53,100 bases of DNA from Clostridia bacterium (lineage in GTDB: Bacteria; Bacillota; Clostridia; Oscillospirales; SIG627), in NCBI GenBank assembly GCA_017414535.1, contig JAFQMA010000021.1:1-53100 (forward strand). Reading direction: 5' to 3'. This document shows positions 38,749 to 48,048 of the stretch, piece after piece. The notes below the pieces were generated by a model. The model made no database searches. It was not told the origin of the DNA and saw only the letters and a list, made by a program, of their open reading frames with translations. The stretch's first letter is position 1. Every line of letters begins with the position of its first letter. A program made the translations under genes and the position numbers.

Positions 38749-40290
38749 TTATTTTTTCTTTTTCAAAAGAATGAAGGCGGTAACGCCACCGGCCGCAACA
38801 ACTGCAACGCACACAGCAACAATAACGATAACGGTAGTCGCATTGCTCTTTTCTTCCTCCACAGGATCTCCCTCCGTGCTCACTCCGTCGTTGACAACGG
38901 GCGCAGATTGATCCGTTAGCTTTTCTACCGTTCGGACCTCCTCTTTTCCGCAAAGCTCGCACTTTTTCGTATAGCTACCTTCCTCTTCTGCAGTAGGTGC
39001 TTTGGTTTGCGTTTCCTCGCCCCAAGCATGCTCAAGCTTGGAAACGGTGATCTCTTCCTTATGATTGCAAACGGAGCAGATCCTCTCATTCTTGCCATCC
39101 TCTTCACAGCTCGGCGCCGTCACAACGACAGGCTCGCCATAGCGATGACCGAGGGCTGCCTCCCTTTGCACTTCCTTATACTGACAAACGGAGCATACTC
39201 TGGATTGTTCTCCCGCAGTAATACAATCCGCCTTACTTGCAATCGACCAAGCAGAAAAGCGATGTCCTGCTGCGCAACGATCGATATTGACACCGTAATG
39301 CCACGTAGCGCCTGACAGGTAGCTGTTGTCCGATGAAAAAGAGATCTGATTCTTCATCGCTTCGGTACCTTCGTAAAAGATCTCCATATTGGAATTGGGG
39401 CAGAATTTCTTGCCGACGGTCTCAACATTCTTGCCAAGATAAATCTTTTTTAAAGAGGAGCAATTATAAAAGGCTTCGTCGTCGATCTTTTTCACAGTAT
39501 GGGACAGCGTTATGCTTTGGAGCCTCGTACAATCACCAAACGCACGGGAACCGACCCATTCCACGCCTTCTCCCATATGAAAGCTTTCAAGGCCTGAGCA
39601 ACCGGAAAAAGCGCTATACACAATGATCTTTACACTGTCCGGAAGGGTCATACTCTTTAGTCCCGTACAGCCCGCAAAGGCACGACTGAAGATCGTAGAG
39701 AGGTTTTTGGGGAAACGAACGGAGGATGCATTCAGCGAAATGCAGTCCTGAAACATCGCTTCAAAGATCACCTCAAAGCGATCGGGAAAAACGACCTTGG
39801 AAAGAGACGTACATCCTACGAACATACGAGATCCGCCCGTTTTTACCTCGCCCTTAAATTCCACACTCCTCAATCCCGTGCATCCGGAAAAGGCATATCC
39901 GTCAATCGTGCTGACAGAAGCGGGAATGACGACCGATTCAAGGCTCGTGCAATTGTAAAAGGCAGAATCTCCAATTGAGGTCAAGCCTTCGGGGAGACTA
40001 ACGGAACGAAGCTTCGTGCAGCCGGCAAAAGTATTTTTTCCAACGCCCGTTACACCCTTTTCAATCACAAGCTCCGTGATCTCTCTTCCCCAAGGAAGCA
40101 CGGAGGAATTGGTAGCAATGTTTTCCATGGCGCCGTTGCCGCTGATCGTTAATTTCGTGCCGTCAAGCTGCCAAGCGCAGGCACCGGTAACACCCGTTGC
40201 GGCCGAAACCTCGGTAGGCATTATCAAAAAAACAAAGAGGGCTGAAATGAGTAGTAAAAGTGAGCTGATTAATGCAGTTGTTTTTTTCAT
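38749..40290 (-). CDS. BspA-like (LRR_5) surface protein with Cys-rich repeats and C-terminal membrane anchor
   Basis: Signal peptide; about 9-10 repeats of IxxxAFxxCxxLxxVxLP; three GxxxxxCxxC repeats; TM helix followed by KKKK. Confidence 0.9.
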   Translation of the reverse strand: MKKTTALISSLLLLISALFVFLIMPTEVSAATGVTGACAWQLDGTKLTISGNGAMENIATNSSVLPWGREITELVIEKGVTGVGKNTFAGCTKLRSVSLPEGLTSIGDSAFYNCTSLESVVIPASVSTIDGYAFSGCTGLRSVEFKGEVKTGGSRMFVGCTSLSKVVFPDRFEVIFEAMFQDCISLNASSVRFPKNLSTIFSRAFAGCTGLKSMTLPDSVKIIVYSAFSGCSGLESFHMGEGVEWVGSRAFGDCTRLQSITLSHTVKKIDDEAFYNCSSLKKIYLGKNVETVGKKFCPNSNMEIFYEGTEAMKNQISFSSDNSYLSGATWHYGVNIDRCAAGHRFSAWSIASKADCITAGEQSRVCSVCQYKEVQREAALGHRYGEPVVVTAPSCEEDGKNERICSVCNHKEEITVSKLEHAWGEETQTKAPTAEEEGSYTKKCELCGKEEVRTVEKLTDQSAPVVNDGVSTEGDPVEEEKSNATTVIVIVAVCVAVVAAGGVTAFILLKKKK

Positions 40291-40372
40291 AATTTCCTCC
40301 AATCAATTGATATTCTAATAATATATTAACAGTTCTCTATTCTACTGTCAATATTAACAACCTTTCACATAC

Positions 40373-40418
40373 ATTATACTGCATTTTGCGGTTTTTGTCA
40401 ATACCGCAATTCGCGGTA
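40373..40418. promoter_or_regulatory. Leftward consensus promoter overlapped by two palindromic operators
   Basis: Minus-strand TTGACA(40401-40396)-17 nt-TATAAT(40378-40373); operators TACTGC-N5-GCGGTT (40377-40393) and TACCGC-N5-GCGGTA (40402-40418). Confidence 0.7.
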
Positions 40419-40448
40419 GGATATAATAAAGAAAAGAGAGGTGAAACG

Positions 40449-40661
40449 ATGTATCGTAGAATACGCGATCTGCGCGAAGATCACGATCTTACGCAAAAAG
40501 AGCTGGCAGGAAAGCTGAATTGCTCCCAGCAGGTCTACAGTAATTACGAGCTTGGGCAAAGGGATATTCCTACCGATATTCTCGTTAAGCTCTCGTCTAT
40601 TTACAACGTTTCCATAGATTATATATTAGAGATCAGCAATGATCCAACGATAAAAAAATAA
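40449..40661 (+). CDS. XRE family HTH transcriptional regulator (70 aa)
   Basis: RIRDLREDHDLTQKELA..YSNYELGQRDIP..VSIDYIL; SD GAGGTG. Confidence 0.92.
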   Translation: MYRRIRDLREDHDLTQKELAGKLNCSQQVYSNYELGQRDIPTDILVKLSSIYNVSIDYILEISNDPTIKK

Positions 40662-40692
40662 GCCCTCGATCTAAGATCGGGGGCTTATTTTT
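40655..40692. terminator. Bidirectional intrinsic terminator
   Basis: AAAATAAGCCCTCGATC-taa-GATCGGGGGCTTATTTT. Confidence 0.75.
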
Positions 40693-40985
40693 TATTGGAT
40701 GCCGAAAAGGCGATCGGAGCGAAGGAATGGCTCCAGCTCCTTCGCTCTTTTCTCTTCGCCGCAATGAGAATAATCCGAGATCAGATAATAGAGGCGAAGA
40801 TTCTTCAGTCGTGCGATCTTGGAACGTACGTAGCGACGGTGAAGCCCATCATGATACTCCTTTGTCCCCTTCCCTTTTCGAAAGGCTCTTTTCTCATAGA
40901 GGAAAACGGCTGAAAAGAAGAAACAAAGGAGAATAAAGCACAAAAGGATCGCGGCGGCAAGGCCGCTGAGAATAGCGGGAATCAC
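40692..40985 (-). CDS. Small membrane-anchored hypothetical protein
   Basis: GTG start overlapping the amidase stop (GTGA), SD GGAGG, N-terminal TM helix and basic tail. Confidence 0.65.
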   Translation of the reverse strand: MIPAILSGLAAAILLCFILLCFFFSAVFLYEKRAFRKGKGTKEYHDGLHRRYVRSKIARLKNLRLYYLISDYSHCGEEKRAKELEPFLRSDRLFGIQ

Positions 40986-43900
40986 GGCAAGTTACCTCCT
41001 AAGATCTCCTCCTGCATGGCATACCAGGAAAGGATGCCGTCGAGGATGCCTTGGGCGGCATCGCGGGCATAGCTGTCACGCAGGGCAAGATGATATTCCG
41101 AAGGGGCACAGATGAAGCTGACCTCCACCAGCGTTTGGGGGAAGCGAGGATTGCGACAGAGGGCAAGCATTTGCCTGCGGGTGCCGTTATCCTCCGTATG
41201 AAGGGCGGAAAGAACTCCCTTTTTTACGTGGTCCGCCAAGGACAGTCCCGCCTCAGACCAATAGAGGCCAAGGGTGCCGCCCACGGTATTGGCATCGGTG
41301 GTCTCATGGGTGGAATTATGATGGACTGAAACGGAAAGGTCCGGATCGGCAGCGGTAAGAAGGTCGATGCGCTCCGTAAGGCTGACGGTGGCATCCTCCG
41401 AACGGCTCATGATCACCGTAGCACCCTTTTCCTCCAGTAGGGCTTCCAGGGTAAGGGCGATCTTTAAATTAAGATCCTCCTCGTTGCCTCCCTTCCTGTA
41501 GCCGAGGGCGCCTACGTCAGTGCCGCCGTGACCTGCATCCACTACGATGGTCTTACCTGCAAGGGGCTTATCCCCTTCTGCCAAGGCAGAGGGCTGGCGG
41601 AAGGAAAGAATGGCAGTACCGTTTTCATAGGAGTAGTGGAAGCCGTAATAATTGTAGGGGCTTTGCAACGTCAGCTCCAGAGTTACAGTTTGACGAGAAA
41701 GGGAGGAAGAAAGACTTGCCGAGGAAAAGAGCAGATCTCCTGCGGCAAGAGAAACATCTCCCGAAAGTGCAGTGACGGTATTAAACACCTTAACGCGGAC
41801 GACGCCGTCCTGTAGCTCCACCGTCAAAGGAGGCGCGGCACCGAGGGCAAGGGTAAATTTCACGGCAGAGGCATCTGCTGCCGCCGAAACGGTGGCAAGA
41901 GACGAGGGCTGTAGGGGCTCGTTATCGATCCTGACGTTCCCTGCAGGCACGAAGGCACCGCAAGCGAGACGATAATGACCGTTAAAATAGCCTGTGACTC
42001 TGTCTCGCAGATCGACAGAGGCAGAGGTATAATCATCGTAAAAGGAGCTGTCGGAGGCTACCTTAAGCGGCGTATAGTCCTTCGTTACCGTAGCGCAGAT
42101 CACATGATCCTTTGGAATGACGGAAACGGTAGGGCCGTCCTTATCGATCTCGACTCCGTCTTTTTTGCAAACAAAGCGCATTCTTCCGACGTTGACGGGA
42201 GAGCCGGTGCCGCTTTGGGCAGGAACGGCGATGACTCCCTCGTAAACCTCCTGTGCGGAGCCGCCCGCTCCCAGTGTGGGACGAAGGGTCACGGTCTTAT
42301 TGCCCAAGGAAACGGTAACGGTGCAGCCCGCCTGAGCGGTGACGGTCACAGGAACGGTGGTTCCTGACAGCGCCATGATCCCTCCCCCATCGGAGGGAGT
42401 AAAGGCGGAAATAGCAAAGGGAACAGTCCCGGCAGTAGATTGCACGCGGGAGACCTGAAGGGTGTAGCTCTTTCCGTTTTGCTCCACACGCAAGGTATTC
42501 TTACCGTAGGAAAGGGGCATTAAAACAGAAAACAGGCCGCTTTTGGTGCGGCCGATCTTCTGTCCGTTCATATAGACGGGCATGGTAGGATCAGAGGCGG
42601 CGGTAACAAATTCTGCCGCATAAGTAGATCTTGCACCGTTTCCGGGTCGCAAAAAGGTGACTCCGCTGACGTCCGTTGCCGTTTTCTCCTCCACGGTAGG
42701 ATCGGCATAAAGCTCACGGAGAGCATCCCGCAGGCCTTCGGTGTTCTTCACGATATCGGCAAAGCCGTATTGGATATTGCCGTAGGAGCCCATATAGGCA
42801 CGGGCATAGCGGATCTGCTGGACGATCTCCTCAGCGCCGAGGTCAAAGTCGCCTACCTTATAGGCAGCATGAGCAATATAAAGGCGAACGGAGGTACCGT
42901 CTACCTGCGCGCTCCACCAGCGGGCAAGGGTAGAAAAATCGGCAGCCTTATGTCCCCTCTCCCAATAGATCTGAGGGGCGATATAATCCACGTATTCTCC
43001 CTCGATCCAGGCAAGGGCGTCGCAGAAGATGGCGGAATAGGCTTCGGTGCCGTTGGTGGCACTGCCACCGGGATGAGAGGAGGAATTCTGCCAGATACCG
43101 AAGGGGCTGACACCGAAGGTCAGATCTGCACTTTTAGCCTTGACGGTATCGAAGGTGGCATGAATGAGGGTATTGACGTTTTCACGGCGGAAATCACCAA
43201 GCGTTTTTCCTTCACCAAGGGAAGAAAAGCTGGCAGAATCGTCAAAGCTCTGGCCCGATACGGGGTAAGGATAAAAGTAATCGTCGTAGAGAACGCCTGC
43301 CACGCCGTATTCCAAAATCTCCTTCACACCGTCGAGGATCAGCTTCTGTACCTCAGGCAGGGCGGGATCGTAATAAAGCTTACCGTCGTAAAACACCGTC
43401 CAATGAGGGTTTTGGCGGGCAGGGTTAGCTTCGGAAAGAGAGGCAAGAGCCTGCTCCTTGGAGGAAGCGTTGATATTGGTAACACGATAAGGGTTGACCC
43501 ATGCTACCACCTGCATATCGTAAAGGGCACACTGCTCAATGAGGTAGGAGAGCGGGTCGAAGGTCAGTGCATCACCCTCCTGAGCCATCAGATAGCGGGA
43601 CGAGGGGAAAACAGCAGACTTATAGAAAGCATCGCCCGTGGGACGAACCTGAAAATACAGGGTATCAAAGCCCGTGGAGCGGCTCGTTTCCACAATGATA
43701 TCCAGCTCATTCTTCAGCTCCGCTTCGGAAAGGCCGGGCTTGGAGGGAAAATTGATATTGGCCACGGTGGCAATAAACACACCTCGCATTTCCTCGCCGG
43801 GATCCACGGGTGTTTTTTCCTCGGTAAAGGGCAGGGTCTCCGTAGGGTCGGGTGCAGGCTCGGTAGCGGGAGGCGTCTCCCCCCCATCGGGCCAGAGAAC

Positions 43901-44026
43901 GAGAAGGAGCGTCAGCACCAAAATAAGCGCAAGAAAAGAAAGGGCTGCAATAAAGATCACCTTTCCCTTCGTAGTGGCAAGCCATGCAGAAAAGCCCTTC
44001 TTTTCGGGCATCATACCGTCGTTCAT
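40982..44026 (-). CDS. Membrane-anchored GHL10 (DUF187/YddW-like) glycosyl hydrolase fused to N-acetylmuramoyl-L-alanine amidase (Amidase_3)
   Basis: EMRGVFIATVANINFPS, QVRP, WVNPYR, DDYFYPY, GVSPFGIW, PQIYW; C-terminal VDAGHGG, E, SVHHN, LVEVSFI. Confidence 0.88.
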   Translation of the reverse strand: MNDGMMPEKKGFSAWLATTKGKVIFIAALSFLALILVLTLLLVLWPDGGETPPATEPAPDPTETLPFTEEKTPVDPGEEMRGVFIATVANINFPSKPGLSEAELKNELDIIVETSRSTGFDTLYFQVRPTGDAFYKSAVFPSSRYLMAQEGDALTFDPLSYLIEQCALYDMQVVAWVNPYRVTNINASSKEQALASLSEANPARQNPHWTVFYDGKLYYDPALPEVQKLILDGVKEILEYGVAGVLYDDYFYPYPVSGQSFDDSASFSSLGEGKTLGDFRRENVNTLIHATFDTVKAKSADLTFGVSPFGIWQNSSSHPGGSATNGTEAYSAIFCDALAWIEGEYVDYIAPQIYWERGHKAADFSTLARWWSAQVDGTSVRLYIAHAAYKVGDFDLGAEEIVQQIRYARAYMGSYGNIQYGFADIVKNTEGLRDALRELYADPTVEEKTATDVSGVTFLRPGNGARSTYAAEFVTAASDPTMPVYMNGQKIGRTKSGLFSVLMPLSYGKNTLRVEQNGKSYTLQVSRVQSTAGTVPFAISAFTPSDGGGIMALSGTTVPVTVTAQAGCTVTVSLGNKTVTLRPTLGAGGSAQEVYEGVIAVPAQSGTGSPVNVGRMRFVCKKDGVEIDKDGPTVSVIPKDHVICATVTKDYTPLKVASDSSFYDDYTSASVDLRDRVTGYFNGHYRLACGAFVPAGNVRIDNEPLQPSSLATVSAAADASAVKFTLALGAAPPLTVELQDGVVRVKVFNTVTALSGDVSLAAGDLLFSSASLSSSLSRQTVTLELTLQSPYNYYGFHYSYENGTAILSFRQPSALAEGDKPLAGKTIVVDAGHGGTDVGALGYRKGGNEEDLNLKIALTLEALLEEKGATVIMSRSEDATVSLTERIDLLTAADPDLSVSVHHNSTHETTDANTVGGTLGLYWSEAGLSLADHVKKGVLSALHTEDNGTRRQMLALCRNPRFPQTLVEVSFICAPSEYHLALRDSYARDAAQGILDGILSWYAMQEEILGGNLP

Positions 44027-44134
44027 CTTCGTCCTCCTGTTCTTTTATCCAGTATAACAAGAAACCTTCCTTTTGACAAGAAAAATATTCTGTCCACATC
44101 CTATGAAATTCGCATTTCATTTATACCAAATCGG

Positions 44135-44163
44135 TTGACAGTATTTCAAAAAATGATTAAAAT
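44135..44163 (+). promoter_or_regulatory. Sigma-A promoter of cysK
   Basis: TTGACA-17 nt-TAAAAT. Confidence 0.7.
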
Positions 44164-44191
44164 GAATATACAAATACAGTGAGGTAAAAGT

Positions 44192-45109
44192 ATGTTAGTA
44201 CGTTCAGTATCAGAGCTGATCGGGAAAACACCTTTAGTGGAGGCGACGCGCTTCTATACCGAGGGCAAGGTGCGCTTTCTCATAAAGCCGGAGGGTCTCA
44301 ACCCGGCAGGCTCTGCTAAGGATCGCGTGGCACTGCAAATGCTGTTGGATGCCGAGGAAAAAGGGCTGATCCGCGATGGTGCCACCGTGATCGAGCCCAC
44401 CAGCGGCAACACAGGCATCGGTCTGGCCTCCCTTTGTGCCATGCGCGGTTATAAGGCCATTTTTACCATGCCTGATACCATGAGCCCGGAGCGGCAGATG
44501 CTTCTTCGTGCTTACGGTGCCGAGGTGGTGCTGACCGAAGGGAGCAAGGGAATGGCGGGTGCCATTGAAAAGGCAAAAGCACTATCCGAAGAAATCGAAG
44601 GAAGCTTTATCCCCGGACAATTTGAATCCCCCTCCAACAAAAAAGCGCACTATCTGACCACAGGCCCCGAGATCTGGGAGGATACGAGGGGGCAGGTAGA
44701 CGTATTCATCGCTTGCGTGGGCACGGGCGGCACCGTGACGGGAACGGGCGAATATTTAAAGGAAAAGAATCCGGCCGTTCGCGTGCTTGCCGTAGAGCCT
44801 GCGGCCTCTCCCCTGCTTTCGGGCGGAAAGGCCGGACCTCACGGTATTCAGGGCATCGGTGCCAACTTTATCCCCGAGGTTCTGAACACCGACATCTACG
44901 ACGAGGTGCACACCGTAACGGAGAAAGAGGCCTACAATGCGGCGCGCCGACTTGCCAAGACCGAGGGTCTTCTGGTAGGCATTTCCTCCGGTGCGGCACT
45001 GGCCGTGGCGGAACGGATCGCTAAAAAAGAAGAATATTTCGGCAAGACCGTCGTAGTGCTTTTACCCGATACGGGTGAAAGATATCTTTCCACCGAGCTT
45101 TTTCGATAA
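44192..45109 (+). CDS. cysK: Cysteine synthase A
   Basis: NPAGSAKDR, EPTSGNTG, TTGPEIW, GTGGT, GPHGIQGIG, LPDTGERYLST. Confidence 0.93.
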   Translation: MLVRSVSELIGKTPLVEATRFYTEGKVRFLIKPEGLNPAGSAKDRVALQMLLDAEEKGLIRDGATVIEPTSGNTGIGLASLCAMRGYKAIFTMPDTMSPERQMLLRAYGAEVVLTEGSKGMAGAIEKAKALSEEIEGSFIPGQFESPSNKKAHYLTTGPEIWEDTRGQVDVFIACVGTGGTVTGTGEYLKEKNPAVRVLAVEPAASPLLSGGKAGPHGIQGIGANFIPEVLNTDIYDEVHTVTEKEAYNAARRLAKTEGLLVGISSGAALAVAERIAKKEEYFGKTVVVLLPDTGERYLSTELFR

Positions 45110-45139
45110 GCAATCAAATTAAAAACGATAGGAGAAAAA

Positions 45140-46228
45140 ATGTTTACAGACTATTTCAAGCTGACTCCCGATAATCCCCCCAACGAAGGAATCCTTTTCG
45201 TGGATCACGCCAAGAGCGACCGCACGGGTCACTTGGGCCACGCCATGGTGGAATACGAGACGGGCAAGATCCTTGCCTTCTATCCCGACTGCTCCGCCAT
45301 TACCAAGGTGCACATCGGTCATTCGGGCCACGGCTGGATGAAATACAAAAGAAGCGTGGACGGCGGTCTGACTTGGTCGGAGGCCAAGGACGAATTTTAC
45401 TCCAAAAAGTCCTTTGACGATACCGACGGAAAAACCACCATGATGATCGAAAAGATCGTCAAGACCGAAACGGGACGCTTGATCCTTTTCTATCTGGTTT
45501 GCGATATGACCCGCAACGGACACGTTTGGGAGCCCTTTTTCTCTCCCCTCTATTCCATCAGCGACGATCTGGGCGAGAGCTGGAGCGAGCCGAAGGTACT
45601 GATCGATCTGCCCGGACGGATTTTTGACGTAAGATGCCGCGACGGCGAGATCTACGTTTTATTCAACCACGATGAAATGCCCATGCGCGGGCACGATGCG
45701 CCCTACTACCTCCTGGTAAGCAAGGACAACGGCGAAAGCTGGGAGCAGCGCGCAACCCCCATCTTCGAGCACAATCAGGACGCCTGCTACGGCGCGATGT
45801 ACTTTTTGGAAAACGGCGATCTGATCGTTTACGCATACGATCTGCACGACGAGCACAATCTGCGCTACACCATCAGCCACGACAACGGCTTTACGTGGGA
45901 CGATCCCAAACGAAGCTTTATGGCAAAGCGCATCCGCAATCCCCAGATCGCCCGCCTCGGCGGCAAATACCTGATGCACGGGCGAAGCGGCAGCCGCGGC
46001 GAAGTCGGCAAAAAGGGCAATTTCGTCATTTACTGCTCCGAGGACGGGATCGAGTGGGACGAGGGCACGTACCTTTACTTGAAGAACCCGAACGAGGGCG
46101 CAGGCGCGTATTCCAACAACATTCTCGTGCACGACAAGGACGGAAACGAGCGTCTTCTCATTCAAGTATCCCGCGCCTACGAGTTCCACAAGACCAACGT
46201 TTTGCACTATTTTATTGATCCGAAATAA
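45140..46228 (+). CDS. BNR/Asp-box beta-propeller protein (sialidase-like)
   Basis: Five Asp boxes: SVDGGLTW, SDDLGESW, SKDNGESW, SHDNGFTW, SEDGIEW; GAYS near the C-terminus; no signal peptide. Confidence 0.8.
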   Translation: MFTDYFKLTPDNPPNEGILFVDHAKSDRTGHLGHAMVEYETGKILAFYPDCSAITKVHIGHSGHGWMKYKRSVDGGLTWSEAKDEFYSKKSFDDTDGKTTMMIEKIVKTETGRLILFYLVCDMTRNGHVWEPFFSPLYSISDDLGESWSEPKVLIDLPGRIFDVRCRDGEIYVLFNHDEMPMRGHDAPYYLLVSKDNGESWEQRATPIFEHNQDACYGAMYFLENGDLIVYAYDLHDEHNLRYTISHDNGFTWDDPKRSFMAKRIRNPQIARLGGKYLMHGRSGSRGEVGKKGNFVIYCSEDGIEWDEGTYLYLKNPNEGAGAYSNNILVHDKDGNERLLIQVSRAYEFHKTNVLHYFIDPK

Positions 46229-46328
46229 TTTTTAAAAACATTTTCAAAAAAATAAAACCTACACTCGAGCTTTTTCCCCTTTATGTATGAAGGCAGAAAA
46301 AAGCCCCATCCGAAGATGGAGCGATTTT

Positions 46329-46556
46329 CTAAAAATTCTTTTTTCCGTTGTGGATCATCATGATCTCGGGGCGGGCATCGATCTCCGGCTTCTGAACCGT
46401 GTTTTCCCATTCTGCGGGAGCGACCTCCTCAAAGGAAAGGCTGATGGCCTCGAGCGGACAGCCCCATTCCTCAAGAAACACGTCGCGGACACGTTCGGCA
46501 ACTCTCTGCTTGACGGCTTCATCCTTGGGATAAGCCTTGATTCTGATGTATGGCAT
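46329..46556 (-). CDS. 4-oxalocrotonate tautomerase family protein
   Basis: Catalytic Pro-1 (MPYIRIK), ISLSFEEV..W, 75 aa; SD GGAGG. Confidence 0.85.
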   Translation of the reverse strand: MPYIRIKAYPKDEAVKQRVAERVRDVFLEEWGCPLEAISLSFEEVAPAEWENTVQKPEIDARPEIMMIHNGKKNF

Positions 46557-46655
46557 AGCGGCCTCCTTCGTTTTTTACCATTTTAACACAAAGAGAAAAA
46601 AAGAAAAGCCTTTTTGAAAAAATTCCCCCATGGGAAGAAAAATGAGGTAATCATT

Positions 46656-47462
46656 ATGATACGTGCAACTTTCTCCAAGCGCAGAATCCTTTCCGTCCTG
46701 CTTGCCCTTCTGCTGGCCGTTTCCCTACTCTCCACGGTAAGCTACGCCGCAGAGGAGGAAAGCATTATCATCAAGGTGGATGAGATCGAAGAAACGGAGG
46801 GCGGCGCTACCGTCACCTTGAAGATCCAAAATAACACGGGAAGCAGAGTCAGCTTCGGCTGGGTCAACAGCTGTGACGTGCTGATCACCACCGACGACGG
46901 CGATTATTCCTGCAGGCCGCCCCACGAGAGCATCAAGATCGGCAAGAGCACTGTTGAAATGCAGCTGGAAGATATTGAAGGCAAGATCGAGCGTATTGAG
47001 CTGACAGAGCTGTGCCTGCTCAGCGACGACGGCCTTCCCAGCGAAGAGATGCACGACGTAGTGATCTACGACAAGGCCGAGGGAATCAAATCCTTTGAGG
47101 GCGAATTTGCCTATTTTTCCTCTCCTCAAAATATTATCATGACTATCATCAGCATCGTTCCCTTCCTCATGGTGGGCATTTTCGTTGTTGTGGGAATCAT
47201 CGTATTTCTGAACGTTCGCAAAAACCGCAGGGCTGACGAGGAGATGGCCATGGGCCTTGACTTTGGCGCAGGATCGCAGGACATGGGTGCAGAGATGCAC
47301 CGTCAGGCACACGAGACGGCGATGCGCGACCATGCCAATTTTGTCAACCAGCAGAACCTGCACAACCACATCCAGATCCACAACGATTTTACCCAGCAGA
47401 GCATGAACACCACGGACATGGGCGGATTTAATCCTCCTCCCACTCCCCCCGCAGGAATGTAA
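46656..47462 (+). CDS. Single-pass membrane protein with extracellular beta domain and His/Met/Gln-rich cytoplasmic tail
   Basis: Signal peptide ending SYA-AE, acidic beta-rich domain, TM helix, low-complexity tail; SD GAGG. Confidence 0.75.
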   Translation: MIRATFSKRRILSVLLALLLAVSLLSTVSYAAEEESIIIKVDEIEETEGGATVTLKIQNNTGSRVSFGWVNSCDVLITTDDGDYSCRPPHESIKIGKSTVEMQLEDIEGKIERIELTELCLLSDDGLPSEEMHDVVIYDKAEGIKSFEGEFAYFSSPQNIIMTIISIVPFLMVGIFVVVGIIVFLNVRKNRRADEEMAMGLDFGAGSQDMGAEMHRQAHETAMRDHANFVNQQNLHNHIQIHNDFTQQSMNTTDMGGFNPPPTPPAGM

Positions 47463-47475
47463 AGGAGAAAGAAAT

Positions 47476-47994
47476 ATGAGTCAGTGTATTTATTGCAAGC
47501 AAGAGCTCCCCGAAGGCAGTGCCTTCTGCCCTTCCTGCGGCAAAAAGCAGGTCATTGCATATAAGCAGACCTTTCAGCGCGACGGCATGAGCGAAAAGGA
47601 ATTTATCGAGAAGATCAATTTATGGTTCCAGAGCTACCCCCAGGTAGCAAACGTTAAAGCCAGCTTTGAATTAAAGCTTCGCTTCGGCCTTTTGGTGAAC
47701 AAATACAAGCTGAATTCCGTCACCATCGAATACGAACAATTTTCCGGTCAAAATGAAAACCAGTATGCCGTGGAAAAGCTGAGCCGCCTGGCGTTGGTCA
47801 AGCTTTCTCTGGATCATCTGCTTGCCCGTTGGCAAAAAAGCAACCCCGGCGCGACGGTGGTCAGCAGAAACGGCGGCGTCAACCAGCGCGGTCAGATCGG
47901 AAGTCTTCTGCTCTTTGGTATTGGCGCCTTCAACAGAAGTCAGCTTTACTTACTTTATAAGTTCAACCGCAAAAAGGGACCTCTCGTTCCCTGA
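47476..47994 (+). CDS. Zinc-ribbon domain protein
   Basis: CIYCKQELPEGSAFCPSCG; SD AAGGAG. Confidence 0.8.
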   Translation: MSQCIYCKQELPEGSAFCPSCGKKQVIAYKQTFQRDGMSEKEFIEKINLWFQSYPQVANVKASFELKLRFGLLVNKYKLNSVTIEYEQFSGQNENQYAVEKLSRLALVKLSLDHLLARWQKSNPGATVVSRNGGVNQRGQIGSLLLFGIGAFNRSQLYLLYKFNRKKGPLVP

Positions 47995-48005
47995 TAACAT
48001 GAAAC

Positions 48006-48036
48006 AGCCCCCTGCCGAGAATATCGGCAGGGGGCT
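48006..48036. terminator. Hairpin between convergent zinc-ribbon genes
   Basis: AGCCCCCTGCCGA-gaata-TCGGCAGGGGGCT. Confidence 0.7.
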
Positions 48037-48048
48037 TGTCGTTTATCA

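Noticed and set aside
37484-38962. 492-aa minus-strand ORF
   Set aside because: Antisense to the Ldh_2 gene, out of frame with the LRR gene end, and crosses two terminators.
38749-40290. Repeats in the LRR gene as a possible DNA repeat array or DGR target
   Set aside because: Repeats are degenerate at DNA level and protein-coded; no reverse transcriptase or template repeat in the window.
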